A stretch of DNA of 64,000 bases from Longimicrobiales bacterium (GTDB lineage: Bacteria > Gemmatimonadota > Gemmatimonadetes > Longimicrobiales > Gaopeijiaceae), in the NCBI GenBank assembly GCA_965204735.1, contig OZ242008.1, positions 3,040,001 through 3,104,000 on the forward strand, in the 5' to 3' direction. The notes under the pieces were generated by a model, which did no database searches, was not told the origin of the DNA, and saw nothing but the letters and a program-made list of their open reading frames with translations. The position numbers and the translations under genes are program-made. Positions 1 through 9,540 of the stretch are shown in pieces. Position 1 is the stretch's first letter. Each line of letters begins with the position of its first letter.

Positions 1-1
1 G

Positions 2-1393
2 ACCAGCTTCGACTGGAGCCCCGACGGGACCCGCCTCGTCTTCGCGCATCAGGCCGATCCCCGCATCAACACGGGACGACTCTCGGGCGACATCTCCGTC
101 GTGGACGCCGCCGGAGGCGAAGCGCGGCCTCTGGTGGACGGAGCCGGCGTCGAGTCCTCGCCCCGCTGGTCGCCCGACGGGTCGCTGGTCGCCTACGTCT
201 CCACCGGCAACCAGCCCGAGCCGATCGGCTTGGGGGACGTGTACGTGGTGGAGACGGAGACGGGCGACTCCCGCCGGCTGGCCGACACGCCGAACCGGAG
301 CGCCTCGATCTTGGGCTGGTCGGCCGACTCGCGGGAGGTGTTCCTGAACGAGCTCCTGGGGACGACCCGTCACGTGGTCGGGCTGCCCGTCGACGGGGGC
401 GGTCCCCGGCAGGCGACCCGCGGCGACGGCGTGGCGGGGGCCACGGCGCTGGCGGCCGAAGCGGGAGCGCTGGCGTTGACGTGGGAGACCACCGACGAAC
501 CCGCCGAAGTCCACGTGACGTCGCTGGCGGAGTTCGATCCTGCGCCGATCAGCCGGGTGAACCGGGACGCGCCCGCTCCTCCGATGGGCCGCACCGAGCT
601 CCTCTCGTGGACCGCCCCCGACGGCACGCCCGTGGAAGGTCTGCTCACCTACCCCGTCGGCTACGAAGCCGGGACCCGGACGCCGCTGATCCTCAACGTC
701 CACGGCGGTCCTGCCGGCGTCTTCAGCCAGTCCTTCACCGGGCGGCCCGGCATCTACATGATCCAGTACTTCGCCCAGGAGGGCTTTGCGGTCCTGCGGC
801 CCAACCCTCGCGGCAGCACCGGGTACGGCAAGGAGTTCCGCTACGCCAACTTCATGGACTGGGGCTACGGCGACCTCTCGGACCTGCTGGCCGGCGTGGA
901 CCACGTGATCGAGATGGGCGTCGCGCACCCGGACAGCCTCCTGCTGATGGGGTGGAGCTACGGCGGCTACATGACGTCGTTCGCGGTGACCCAGACCGAC
1001 CGGTTCAAGGCCGCGTCGATGGGCGCCGGGCTGCCGAACCTGATCAGCATGGTGAGCACCACCGACATCGGCGACTACTTGGCGGGCCACATGGGCGGCG
1101 AGTACTTCGACGACTACGAAACGTACGAGAGGCACTCCGCCGTCTACCACATCAAGAACGTGACGACGCCCACCCAGGTGATCCACGGGGCCGAGGACCT
1201 GCGGGTCCCCTTCACCCAGGGCCAGGAGTTCTACAACTCCCTCGTCCGCATGGGCGCCGACACGGAGATGATCGTCTACCCGCGCACGCCCCACGGTCCC
1301 CGGGAGCCCAAGTTCCTGATGGACGTGTCCGAACGGATCATGACCTGGTTCGAGACGCACCTGCGCAAGGAGCGGCCCAAGGCGGACCGGTGA
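2..1393 (+). CDS. S9 family serine peptidase with PD40/TolB-like propeller (5' end outside window)
   Basis: Frame open from position 2 (TSFDWSPDG...); PD40-like WSPDG repeats, VHGGP, NPRGS, nucleophile GWSYGG, DLRVP Asp, C-terminal His (PHGPRE). Confidence 0.93.
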   Translation, partial: TSFDWSPDGTRLVFAHQADPRINTGRLSGDISVVDAAGGEARPLVDGAGVESSPRWSPDGSLVAYVSTGNQPEPIGLGDVYVVETETGDSRRLADTPNRSASILGWSADSREVFLNELLGTTRHVVGLPVDGGGPRQATRGDGVAGATALAAEAGALALTWETTDEPAEVHVTSLAEFDPAPISRVNRDAPAPPMGRTELLSWTAPDGTPVEGLLTYPVGYEAGTRTPLILNVHGGPAGVFSQSFTGRPGIYMIQYFAQEGFAVLRPNPRGSTGYGKEFRYANFMDWGYGDLSDLLAGVDHVIEMGVAHPDSLLLMGWSYGGYMTSFAVTQTDRFKAASMGAGLPNLISMVSTTDIGDYLAGHMGGEYFDDYETYERHSAVYHIKNVTTPTQVIHGAEDLRVPFTQGQEFYNSLVRMGADTEMIVYPRTPHGPREPKFLMDVSERIMTWFETHLRKERPKADR

Positions 1394-1435
1394 GCGCTGG
1401 CGCCGAGCCCGGCGCGACGAACTCGAGATCGGACG

Positions 1436-1852
1436 TCAGCAAGGGGCGGAGGTCGCTGGCGGAATGCCCTTCCGTCGTTGCCGGTCGCGGAAGGTGAGGG
1501 AGGCCGAGAGCGCCAGCGCGGTCGTCGTGGACACGATCACCAGGGCGTCCACGACGGCCGGGTCCCACGCGAAGCCGGCAAGCCGGTCCAGGTAGTATTT
1601 GACCCACGACGCGGGCAGCTCCGTCGCGCCCAGCGCGCGCTTCACTCGCCAGTGCCACTCGGTGAGGGGACAGTACCCCCACCCGTAGACGAAGCCGAGG
1701 CCGAACCACGAGCCCAACGTCGCGAGGATCGTCCATAGGTGAAGGCGTCTCGTCCTTCGCCAGGCCCAGCCGAGTACGTTGAAGACGACCAGCGAGCCGT
1801 GGAGGACGAGCATCAGCACGTCGGCAAGCCGGTAAAGAACGGTGTCGGTCAC
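1436..1852 (-). CDS. DUF2784-like membrane protein
   Basis: Hydrophobic helices; LADV..LHG, LHL, WGYCPLTEWHW pattern. Confidence 0.75.
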   Translation of the reverse strand: MTDTVLYRLADVLMLVLHGSLVVFNVLGWAWRRTRRLHLWTILATLGSWFGLGFVYGWGYCPLTEWHWRVKRALGATELPASWVKYYLDRLAGFAWDPAVVDALVIVSTTTALALSASLTFRDRQRRKGIPPATSAPC

Positions 1853-2006
1853 CCCTCGTTCCCTTTTTCGGTGCGGACCGGTAGCCGCCCACCGGCCTCC
1901 CGCCGATATTGTCGCCGGATTCCCGCGCCCGCCAAGGGGGTCGCGTCCGGCCGTCCGACCGTCCGGCTGCCGGCCGCCCGACCGCCCCCAAAGGAGACGC
2001 CGCCAG

Positions 2007-3941
2007 GTGCCCGTCCGTCCGTTGCGAGAGCCGCTCCACTCCCTCGCCCGCCACGCGTCGGTTGTCGCCCGCCGCGCGTCGGTTGCGTCGGCCAGGACGG
2101 CTTGGGCCGGCCTTCTCGCCCTCGGCGGCGGCGCGGGCTGCGATTCGGCGGCCGAGCCCGACGCATCGGGAGGGCCTGTTGCGATCTCGCTACACGCCGG
2201 CGACGGGCAGGTCGCCCGTGCCGGGTCGGCGGTCGAAGTGGCGCCCCAAGTGCGGGTGGTGGACGAGACGGGGAGCGGGGCGGCGGGCGTGGCAGTGACC
2301 TTTCGGGTCGTGGAGGGCGGAGGCAGCGTGGAAGTTCCGTCGGCCGTCAGCGACGCCGCCGGGGTGGCCTCCGCCGGCGGGTGGACCTTGGGGCCCCCGG
2401 GCCGTCAGCGGATGGAGGCGGCGGCCGGCCCGGGCGTCGTGGTCTTCAGCGCCGGCGCGTCGGGAGTTCCGGCCGCCGTCCGGATCGCGGCGGGGAACGG
2501 GGGCAGCGTCGAAGTCGCCTCGGAAGCGCCCGTGGCGCCGGCGGTGCTGGTGCTGAACGAAGCCGGCGCTCCGGCGCCGTACGTGCCCGTGACCTTCGCG
2601 GCCCAGCACGGGAGCGTCGCAGTGCCGCGCGCCTTCACCGACGAAGGCGGGCGGGCCTCTGCTGGCAGCTGGACGCTGGGACCCAAGGCCGGACCCCAGC
2701 GGGTGGTGGCGGCGGTGGCCGGAAGCGGCGTCGAGGGCAACCCGGCCGTCTTCGAGGTGACCGCCACGCCGGCCCAGCCCGGCGAGATCCGTCTCCTGCG
2801 CGGCGCCGAGCCGCCGGAGCTCGGCCGCCCCTACCTGCCGCCGCCCACCGCGAGGGTGACCGACGTCCACGGCAACGGCGTGCCCCACGTGGCCGTCGGG
2901 TTCCAGGTGCTGGCAGGCGGCGGCAGCGCGCCCGCCGGCGTCGCCTACACAGACCGCAACGGGGTCGCGCCGGCGTCGCTGTGGACGATGGGACGCGAGG
3001 CCGGCGCTCCCAACACCCTGGCTGCCACGGTGCTGTCGGTCGGGTACGACCTGACGGGCGCCGCGGCGACCCTCACCGTCGTCCCCGAGGCGGCCGACTT
3101 CGACATTTGGGTGGTGCCCCAGTCGTCTCCGCCGATCGACCCGGCCGTGCTGGCGGCGCTGGAGTCCGCCAAGAACCGCTGGGAGCGGGCCGTCGTCGGG
3201 GATCTGCCGCCCTTCGCCACCAGCTTGAACAACGTGGAGTTCTGCAACCCGGACCGGGAAGCGGTGCGCTTCGACTTCCCGAACACGATCCCCTACGACG
3301 ACCTCCTGGTCCTGGCCGTCGTGGCCGCGATCGACGGGCCCGGCGGCGCCGCCGTCCAGTCGGGCTGGTGCTGGGGCGCCGTCAGGGGCGGCGCCGCGCT
3401 CCCCACCGTGTCGGTCATTCACCTCGACGCCCACGACGTGGCCGCCCTCTCGCGCAGCGGCCTCCTGGAGAGCCTCGCCGCGCGAGAGATGGGCCACGCC
3501 CTGGGCTTCGGCGCTTCACGGCTGTGGGACGGCGCCGGCTTGCTGGGCGCGGACGGGTCCGGTCCCTACTTCCGAGGCGCCGCCGCGCGGGCCGCCTTCG
3601 CCGCCGCGGGCGGCGCAGCCCACCCCGGTCCGGCAGTGCCCCTGGACTCCGCCGCCGGCCCCGCCGCGTGGCGCTGGCGCGAGGGAGCGCTCGGCCCCGA
3701 GCTCATGACGGCGGCGCTCCTCCCCGACGCCCTCAACCCCCTCAGCGCCGTCACCTTGGGCGCGCTGGCGGACATGGGCTACCCGGGCGTGAACGTCGCG
3801 GCCGCCGACCGCTACGTCGTGCCCCGTCCCGGCGCCGCGCAGGGGGTCCGCATTCCGGGGCGCCGCCCCGGCTGGACGCGCCGGATCGTGGACGCCCACG
3901 GCGCGGTGGTGGCCGTCTTCGAGCCGGAGGCGCCGCCGTGA
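2007..3941 (+). CDS. Ig-like (Big_1-type) repeat protein with degenerate leishmanolysin/M8-like peptidase domain
   Basis: GTG start 10 nt after AAGGAG; repeated GDGQ..PxVxV..GxPV.GV.V.F..TD..G.A..WTLG units; C-terminal RWERAV, IDGPGG, REMGHALGFG, ELMT, NPLSAVTLGALADMGY. Confidence 0.8.
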   Translation: MPVRPLREPLHSLARHASVVARRASVASARTAWAGLLALGGGAGCDSAAEPDASGGPVAISLHAGDGQVARAGSAVEVAPQVRVVDETGSGAAGVAVTFRVVEGGGSVEVPSAVSDAAGVASAGGWTLGPPGRQRMEAAAGPGVVVFSAGASGVPAAVRIAAGNGGSVEVASEAPVAPAVLVLNEAGAPAPYVPVTFAAQHGSVAVPRAFTDEGGRASAGSWTLGPKAGPQRVVAAVAGSGVEGNPAVFEVTATPAQPGEIRLLRGAEPPELGRPYLPPPTARVTDVHGNGVPHVAVGFQVLAGGGSAPAGVAYTDRNGVAPASLWTMGREAGAPNTLAATVLSVGYDLTGAAATLTVVPEAADFDIWVVPQSSPPIDPAVLAALESAKNRWERAVVGDLPPFATSLNNVEFCNPDREAVRFDFPNTIPYDDLLVLAVVAAIDGPGGAAVQSGWCWGAVRGGAALPTVSVIHLDAHDVAALSRSGLLESLAAREMGHALGFGASRLWDGAGLLGADGSGPYFRGAAARAAFAAAGGAAHPGPAVPLDSAAGPAAWRWREGALGPELMTAALLPDALNPLSAVTLGALADMGYPGVNVAAADRYVVPRPGAAQGVRIPGRRPGWTRRIVDAHGAVVAVFEPEAPP

Positions 3942-5947
3942 GCCGCGCCGACGCGCCGGCGCCGAATCCGGCCGTCCCGGCGCTCCTTGCCGACCGATCG
4001 CGCCTTGCCGAGCCGGCTCTGCGCCGAACCGCGCGCCGGGTCGCGGCTTCGGCCCTCCCCGCCCTCCTGGCCCTTTCGGGCTGCGAACGCGACCCCGCCG
4101 GACCCGACCCCACCGCCCCCGCCGTCGTCGTGATCGAGTCCGGCCACCACCAGCAGGGCTGGGTCGGCGCGCAGCTGCCCGTCGAGCTCCAGGTGCGGGT
4201 AGTGGGCCGGACCGGCCTCCCGGTGGCCGACGCGACGGTCGAGTTCCGCGCGGGCGCCGGCCACGGCTCGGTCGCCGTCCCAAGCGCCGCCACCGACGCT
4301 CGGGGGGTTGCGTCGGCAGGCGTCTGGACCCTGGGCGCCCGGGTGGGGGAGCAACGGGTGGAGGCCGTCGTGCCGGCGGCGCCGACCGCGGGCTCCGCCG
4401 TCTTCGCGGCCACCGCTACCGACGTGCCGGCCGAGGTGCGGATCGTGGCCGGCCAGGGCCAGCGCGCCCAGGTGGGCGCTCGGCTCCCCGCGGCGCCGGA
4501 GGTGCAGGTGCTCAACGCCCGGGGCGCGCCCGTCGCCGGCGTGCACGTGGCCTTCGCCGCGGCAATGGGAACGGTCGCGGGCGCCGAAGCCGTCACGGGT
4601 CCCCAGGGCCGAGCGGCCGCCGCCGCGTGGACGCTGGGAACGGTTGCGGGAGTCCAGGAACTGGCAGCGGCGGTGGCCGGGCCGAGCGTTCGGGGCAACC
4701 CGGCCGTGTTCCGAGCCGTCGCCGAACCGGGCCCCCCGCTCCGGATGCGGGCCGTCCAGGGCGGCGACCAGCGGATCGAAGCCGGCTTCCCCGCTCTCGT
4801 CCCTCCGCAGGTGCGGGTCGAAGACCGGCACGGAAACGGCGTCCCCGGCGTCGACCTCGTCTTCCGGGCCGCAGGCGGCGGCTCGCTGGCGGGCGGCGGC
4901 GGCGCGGAGACGACCGGTCCCGACGGCACGGCCGCGGCCCCGGCATGGATCGGCGCGTCCGCCGCCGGCGCCGCTCAGACGCTGACCGCCACGGCAGAGA
5001 GTCCCCCCGAGTTCGCCGGCGCGACCGTGTCGTTCTCCGCCGTCACCTTCGCCCCCTTCTTCGACATCCGCATCCTCCACGTGCAGGCGGCCCGGATCGC
5101 CCCGGCCGCCGAGAAGTTCCTGGCCCGGGCCGAAGCGCGCTGGGAGGCGGCGGTCGGCGCCAACCTTGCGCCCGTGCCCGTCACCGGCAAGGCGATGAGG
5201 GCGTGCGCCCCCGAAGCCGACCACCCACCCGTCCGCCTGGTGGACGATCTGGACATCTACGTCTCGGCCGAGGAGATCGACGGGCCCGGCAGCGTCCTGG
5301 CCTTCGCCGGGCCGTGCCACGTGCGCAGCAGCGACGGGCTTCCGCTCACCGGGGTCATGGTCTTCGACGTCGCCGACGTCGCCGAGCTGGTGGCGGCGGA
5401 AGGCTTCGAGGCCACGGTCCTCCACGAGATGGGACACGTCCTGGGCTTCGGGACCGTGTGGGAGCCCAAGCAGCTCCTGCGGAACCCGGCGAACGTCTCG
5501 TCGGCACGGATCGACACCCACTTCGTCGGCGAACGGGCGGTCGCCAGCTTCGACCGGGCGGGCGGCGCGGAGTACGCGGCAGGGAAGGTTCCCGTCGAGC
5601 ACCTGGGCGGCGTCGGCGCCCGAAACGCGCACTGGCGCGAGTCGGTGTTCGGACCGGAGCTTCTGACGGGCGTCTTCGACGCCGGCGTGCCCAATCCGCT
5701 GAGCGAAGTTACCATCGCTTCGCTGGAGGACATCGGCTACCGTGGAGTCGACTACGGCGCCGCGGACCGCTTCCGCCTCCGCCTCCGCTCGCAGCCGACC
5801 GCTCCACGCCGGCCGAACGCCCCGGGCGGGACGGGCGGCCGCCGCTTCGAGCTGGTGGACGACCTTCGCCCAGGGCCGATCGGCGTGGTGGACTCGCAAG
5901 GACGAATCGTACGCTACATCCAACCCACAGGAGCCGGATCGAGATGA
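3938..5947 (+). CDS. Ig-like repeat lipoprotein with leishmanolysin/M8-like zinc metallopeptidase domain
   Basis: GTGA overlap with previous stop, GGAGG RBS; lipobox LSGC; three Ig-like repeats; HEMGHVLGFG, AHWRESVFGPELLTG, PLSEVTIASLEDIGY. Confidence 0.88.
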   Translation: MSRADAPAPNPAVPALLADRSRLAEPALRRTARRVAASALPALLALSGCERDPAGPDPTAPAVVVIESGHHQQGWVGAQLPVELQVRVVGRTGLPVADATVEFRAGAGHGSVAVPSAATDARGVASAGVWTLGARVGEQRVEAVVPAAPTAGSAVFAATATDVPAEVRIVAGQGQRAQVGARLPAAPEVQVLNARGAPVAGVHVAFAAAMGTVAGAEAVTGPQGRAAAAAWTLGTVAGVQELAAAVAGPSVRGNPAVFRAVAEPGPPLRMRAVQGGDQRIEAGFPALVPPQVRVEDRHGNGVPGVDLVFRAAGGGSLAGGGGAETTGPDGTAAAPAWIGASAAGAAQTLTATAESPPEFAGATVSFSAVTFAPFFDIRILHVQAARIAPAAEKFLARAEARWEAAVGANLAPVPVTGKAMRACAPEADHPPVRLVDDLDIYVSAEEIDGPGSVLAFAGPCHVRSSDGLPLTGVMVFDVADVAELVAAEGFEATVLHEMGHVLGFGTVWEPKQLLRNPANVSSARIDTHFVGERAVASFDRAGGAEYAAGKVPVEHLGGVGARNAHWRESVFGPELLTGVFDAGVPNPLSEVTIASLEDIGYRGVDYGAADRFRLRLRSQPTAPRRPNAPGGTGGRRFELVDDLRPGPIGVVDSQGRIVRYIQPTGAGSR

Positions 5948-7143
5948 ACGCCCCCGGAACCGCCGCGACTGCCCTCTTGGCGTCGCTCGCCCTCGCCTCG
6001 GCGAGCTGCGTGCCGGTCGACAACCAGGACGTTCCCGCCCCCGAGACCGAAGAGGAGCTCGTGGAGCGGGCCATGGGCATCCACGAACGGGTGCTCACCC
6101 TGGACACTCACGACGACATCAGCACGGACAACTTCACGGCGGAGCGCAACTACGCGTCCGACCTGCCGACCCAGCTCACCCTGCCCAAGATGGAGGCGGG
6201 GGGGCTGGACGTGGCGTGGCTCGTCGTCTACACCAGGCAGGGCCCCCTCGACGCCGAGGGCTACGCCGCCGCCTACGCCAACGCCCTGGACAAGTTCGAC
6301 GCGATCCACCGACTGGTGAACGAGTACGCGCCGGATCGGGCCGAACTCGCCCTGACTTCGGACGACGCGCGCCGAATCGTCGCATCGGGCAAGAAGGCGA
6401 TCATGATCGGGGTCGAGAACGCCTACTCCATCGGCGAGGACCTTTCGCGGATCGAGGAGTTCCACTCCCGCGGCGCCCGCTACATGTCGCTGGCCCACAC
6501 CGGTCCCAGCCAGCTCTCCGACGCCCACAGCGGGGAGCAGGACGGGAACTGGCTCCACGACGGCCTGAGCGAGATGGGCCGCCAAGCGATCGCCGAGATG
6601 AACCGGCTGGGAATCATGGTGGACATCTCCCATCCGTCGAAGGCGTCGATCATGCAGACGCTGGAGATCGCCCAGGCGCCCGTGATCGCGTCCCACTCCG
6701 CGGCGAGGGGCATCAGCGACGTGAGCCGAAACTTGGACGACGAGCAGCTTCGGGCCGTGGCCGAGAACGGGGGCGTGGTGCAGACCGTGGCGCTGCGGCG
6801 GTTCGTGAACGCCGAGAAGGCGGCGGCGCGCCAGCAGGCCGCCGAGGCCGCGGCCGAGGGGGAAGAGGTCGAAGCGCCCGACGTGGACGTGGCGGACTTC
6901 GTGGACCAGATCGACTACATGGTGAACCTGATCGGGCTGAACCACGTGGGGATCAGCTCCGACTTCGACGGCGGGGGCGGCGTGGCCGGATGGGACGACG
7001 CCTCCGAGACCTTCAACGTGACCCTCGAGCTGGTGCGGCGAGGCTACACCGAGGAGGAGATCGAGAAGTTGTGGAGCGGCAACTTGCTGCGGGTGCTGGA
7101 CGAAGTGCAGGCCGTCGCGGCCCGCATCCAGGCGGAGGGCTGA
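5944..7143 (+). CDS. Membrane dipeptidase (peptidase M19), lipoprotein
   Basis: ATGA overlap; lipobox ASASC; DTHDD, GVENA, RYMSLAH, DISH, ASHS, NLDD, SSDFDGGG, WSGNLLRV. Confidence 0.93.
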   Translation: MNAPGTAATALLASLALASASCVPVDNQDVPAPETEEELVERAMGIHERVLTLDTHDDISTDNFTAERNYASDLPTQLTLPKMEAGGLDVAWLVVYTRQGPLDAEGYAAAYANALDKFDAIHRLVNEYAPDRAELALTSDDARRIVASGKKAIMIGVENAYSIGEDLSRIEEFHSRGARYMSLAHTGPSQLSDAHSGEQDGNWLHDGLSEMGRQAIAEMNRLGIMVDISHPSKASIMQTLEIAQAPVIASHSAARGISDVSRNLDDEQLRAVAENGGVVQTVALRRFVNAEKAAARQQAAEAAAEGEEVEAPDVDVADFVDQIDYMVNLIGLNHVGISSDFDGGGGVAGWDDASETFNVTLELVRRGYTEEEIEKLWSGNLLRVLDEVQAVAARIQAEG

Positions 7144-7145
7144 CC

Positions 7146-8234
7146 TTGAGCATCAAGGCAGGCGCGACCGCGGGCGTCGCGGGCGCGTGCGTCTTCGCGG
7201 CGGGAACCCTTCTCCTGGCCTGGAGCGCCGCGCCCGAGAGCGCTTCCGGCGACCCGCGACCCGACGCCGACGCTGTGGGCGCCGTCGCCAACGACCCCGC
7301 CGCCACCGCCGCCGACTTCCTTGCCCTCCTCGACGGCCCGGCTCGCGAGCAAGCCGTCTACCCCCTGGACGACGGCGAGCGCTTCGACTGGAAGTTCGTG
7401 CCCCGGAGCCGCAACGGCCTGCCCCTCAAGGAGATGACCTTGGAGCAGCGAACCGCCGCCCACCGGCTCCTGCAGGCGACGACGAGCAGCCAGGGCTACC
7501 TGAAGGCCAACGCCGTCATCGAGCTGGAGAGGATCCTGGGGCTGCTCGAAGGCCGACCCGATCGCCGCGACCCGGAGGACTACTACGTCACCGTCTTCGG
7601 CACGCCCTCGTCGAGCGGTCCGTGGGCGTGGCGGTTCGAGGGCCATCACCTTTCCCTCAACTTCTCGTTTCCGGTCGAGCGCCTCGTGGTGACCGGACCG
7701 GCGTTCATCGGCGCCAACCCGGCACGGGTGCCGTCGGGTCCCAAGGCGGGCTGGCGACCGATGGGTCCGGAGGAGGACTTGGCCCGATCCCTGGTGGCAA
7801 GCCTCTCGCCCGAGCAGCGGGCGGTCGCGGTGATCTCGTCGGAAGCGCCCAGGGACATCCTTACCGGCGACGACCGGGAGGCGCGCCTGGAGTCGTTCGA
7901 GGGACTGGCGGCGGGCGAGATGACGGAGGAGCAGCAGGAGATGCTCTTCGGCCTCCTCGCCGAGTACGTCGGCAACATGGCGGCCGACGCCGCGCGCGCC
8001 TGGACCGCCCGCATCCGCCAAGCCGCCGCCCTGGACGAGACGTACTTCGCATGGGCCGGCCCGACCGAGCCCGGCGCAGGCCACTACTACCGGATTCACT
8101 CGCCGGCGTTCCTGGTCGAGTACGACAACACGCAGGACGACGCCAACCACGTGCACTCGGTGTGGCGCGACCTGGAAAACGACTTCGGCGGCGACGCCCT
8201 GGCCCGCCACTACCGGGAGGGCCACCCGCACTGA
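7146..8234 (+). CDS. DUF3500 domain protein (secreted)
   Basis: Signal peptide; RFDWKFVP, WAWRFEGHHLSLN, FIGANP, YYRIH..LVEYDN, ANHVHSVWRD..NDFG; start (TTG) approximate. Confidence 0.85.
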   Translation: MSIKAGATAGVAGACVFAAGTLLLAWSAAPESASGDPRPDADAVGAVANDPAATAADFLALLDGPAREQAVYPLDDGERFDWKFVPRSRNGLPLKEMTLEQRTAAHRLLQATTSSQGYLKANAVIELERILGLLEGRPDRRDPEDYYVTVFGTPSSSGPWAWRFEGHHLSLNFSFPVERLVVTGPAFIGANPARVPSGPKAGWRPMGPEEDLARSLVASLSPEQRAVAVISSEAPRDILTGDDREARLESFEGLAAGEMTEEQQEMLFGLLAEYVGNMAADAARAWTARIRQAAALDETYFAWAGPTEPGAGHYYRIHSPAFLVEYDNTQDDANHVHSVWRDLENDFGGDALARHYREGHPH

Positions 8235-8271
8235 GCCGGCTCGGTCGGCGGGCCGACGGGGACGCCCGCGG

Positions 8272-9306
8272 TCAGCTGTCCGGCGACCACTCCCTCGCGC
8301 GCCTCAGGAACACCATGGGGTCCGCTTGCCACTCGGGGAAGCCGATCTGCCGCCCGTCGGTCAGCCAGTCGAGGAAGTCGTCGAGGCAGCCCAGCAGCTC
8401 GGTGTCGTCTGCGTCCACGGTGAAGCCGCCGTACTCGACCAGCGAGTCGAGGACCGAGATCGCGAACGCTTCGGCGGAAGTGTAGGCGGCCTGGCTGTTT
8501 CCGATCTCGCCCCGCGCAACCGCGTCCACCGCGCCGTTTCGCAGGGCGTCGAGCAGCTCCGCCTCGCCCCGCTCGTAGCCCAGGTAGACGACCCGCGGCC
8601 GCGCGTCGTCGGGCGGCAGCAGGAGCGTCCGACCCTCCAGTGCCGGCGAGGCGTCGGAGGCGGTGACGACGTAGGCGTCCGTCCCGTCCGCCGTGACCGT
8701 CCCGCCGGGAGTTTCGACGCGGACCCCTCGGGCCAGCACGCCGTTCTCGTCCGTCAGCTCCACGAGCTGCAGGAGCCGCGCCTCGCCGGTCGTGCCCGCC
8801 AGGGCGCCGACCCTCGCGTCGCTGGTCAGCTTGTCGTAGCTGTCGAAGCGCGCCACTTCGCCTTTCCGCACCAGGAGGGACTGGCGGAACGCCACGTGGC
8901 CCCGAGTGAAGGCGACGGCCGGCTGGCCCTGGGCGTCCTTCGTCCGCTCGTCGAGGATCGTGATTCCGCCGCTCACCACGTCGTAGCCGGGTTGCGAGGA
9001 GAGCAGCCAGATCCCGGGCCAGTCGCGGATCCCCCTGCGGTTGAAGGAGAGCTTGGCGCCTTCGACGGCCTCGAGCGCCGTGATCAGGTCGGCCTCGTAG
9101 CCCCCTTGGTCGTTGAACGCCATCGACTCCGGGTCTTCTTGCAAGCTGTAGCTGATGGGCTCGAAGTACGCGTAGAAGCCCAGCGTCAGCGGTGCGCCGT
9201 TGGTGCAGGCGTAGGACGTCTTGACCACGTCCGAGCACGCCGACAGGCCAAGCGCCGCGACGCCGGCGGACGCCGTTCGGATCGCGAGCGAACGACTCGC
9301 AAGCAT
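8272..9306 (-). CDS. Solute-binding lipoprotein, family 3-like (amino acid/polar type), no adjacent permease
   Basis: AGGAGG RBS, lipobox LSAC, FEPISY, GYEADL, DVVSGGITI..ER, VGALAGTTGE, ALRNGAVDAV. Confidence 0.8.
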   Translation of the reverse strand: MLASRSLAIRTASAGVAALGLSACSDVVKTSYACTNGAPLTLGFYAYFEPISYSLQEDPESMAFNDQGGYEADLITALEAVEGAKLSFNRRGIRDWPGIWLLSSQPGYDVVSGGITILDERTKDAQGQPAVAFTRGHVAFRQSLLVRKGEVARFDSYDKLTSDARVGALAGTTGEARLLQLVELTDENGVLARGVRVETPGGTVTADGTDAYVVTASDASPALEGRTLLLPPDDARPRVVYLGYERGEAELLDALRNGAVDAVARGEIGNSQAAYTSAEAFAISVLDSLVEYGGFTVDADDTELLGCLDDFLDWLTDGRQIGFPEWQADPMVFLRRAREWSPDS

Positions 9307-9540
9307 TCGATCTGCCCCTCCTGCGGGCGACAGCGGAAAGCCGCGCGGCACCACGCCGCACACACCTGGGAATATAGCCCGCGCCCGCCGCGCGTGAACA
9401 ATCGCGCGCTCGGCGACGTACATTCCAATCTGAGCCCACGCGCCCCGCGAACCCGCTCCGGCGGGGGCGACGGAGCGCGGCCGGCCGGCACGGGTTCACA
9501 CGCCCACGAACCGTTCCCCTTCGCGGAGAAGACGCTTCCG

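Noticed and set aside
1739..8234. Very long ORFs in the track (1402, 838 and 830 aa; likewise 1549 aa at 20997-25646 and 1196 aa at 25396-28986) as giant or fused proteins
   Set aside because: Their N-terminal parts are Arg/Pro/Gly-rich off-frame readthrough of GC-rich neighbours; real starts lie at RBS-supported or stop-overlapping codons
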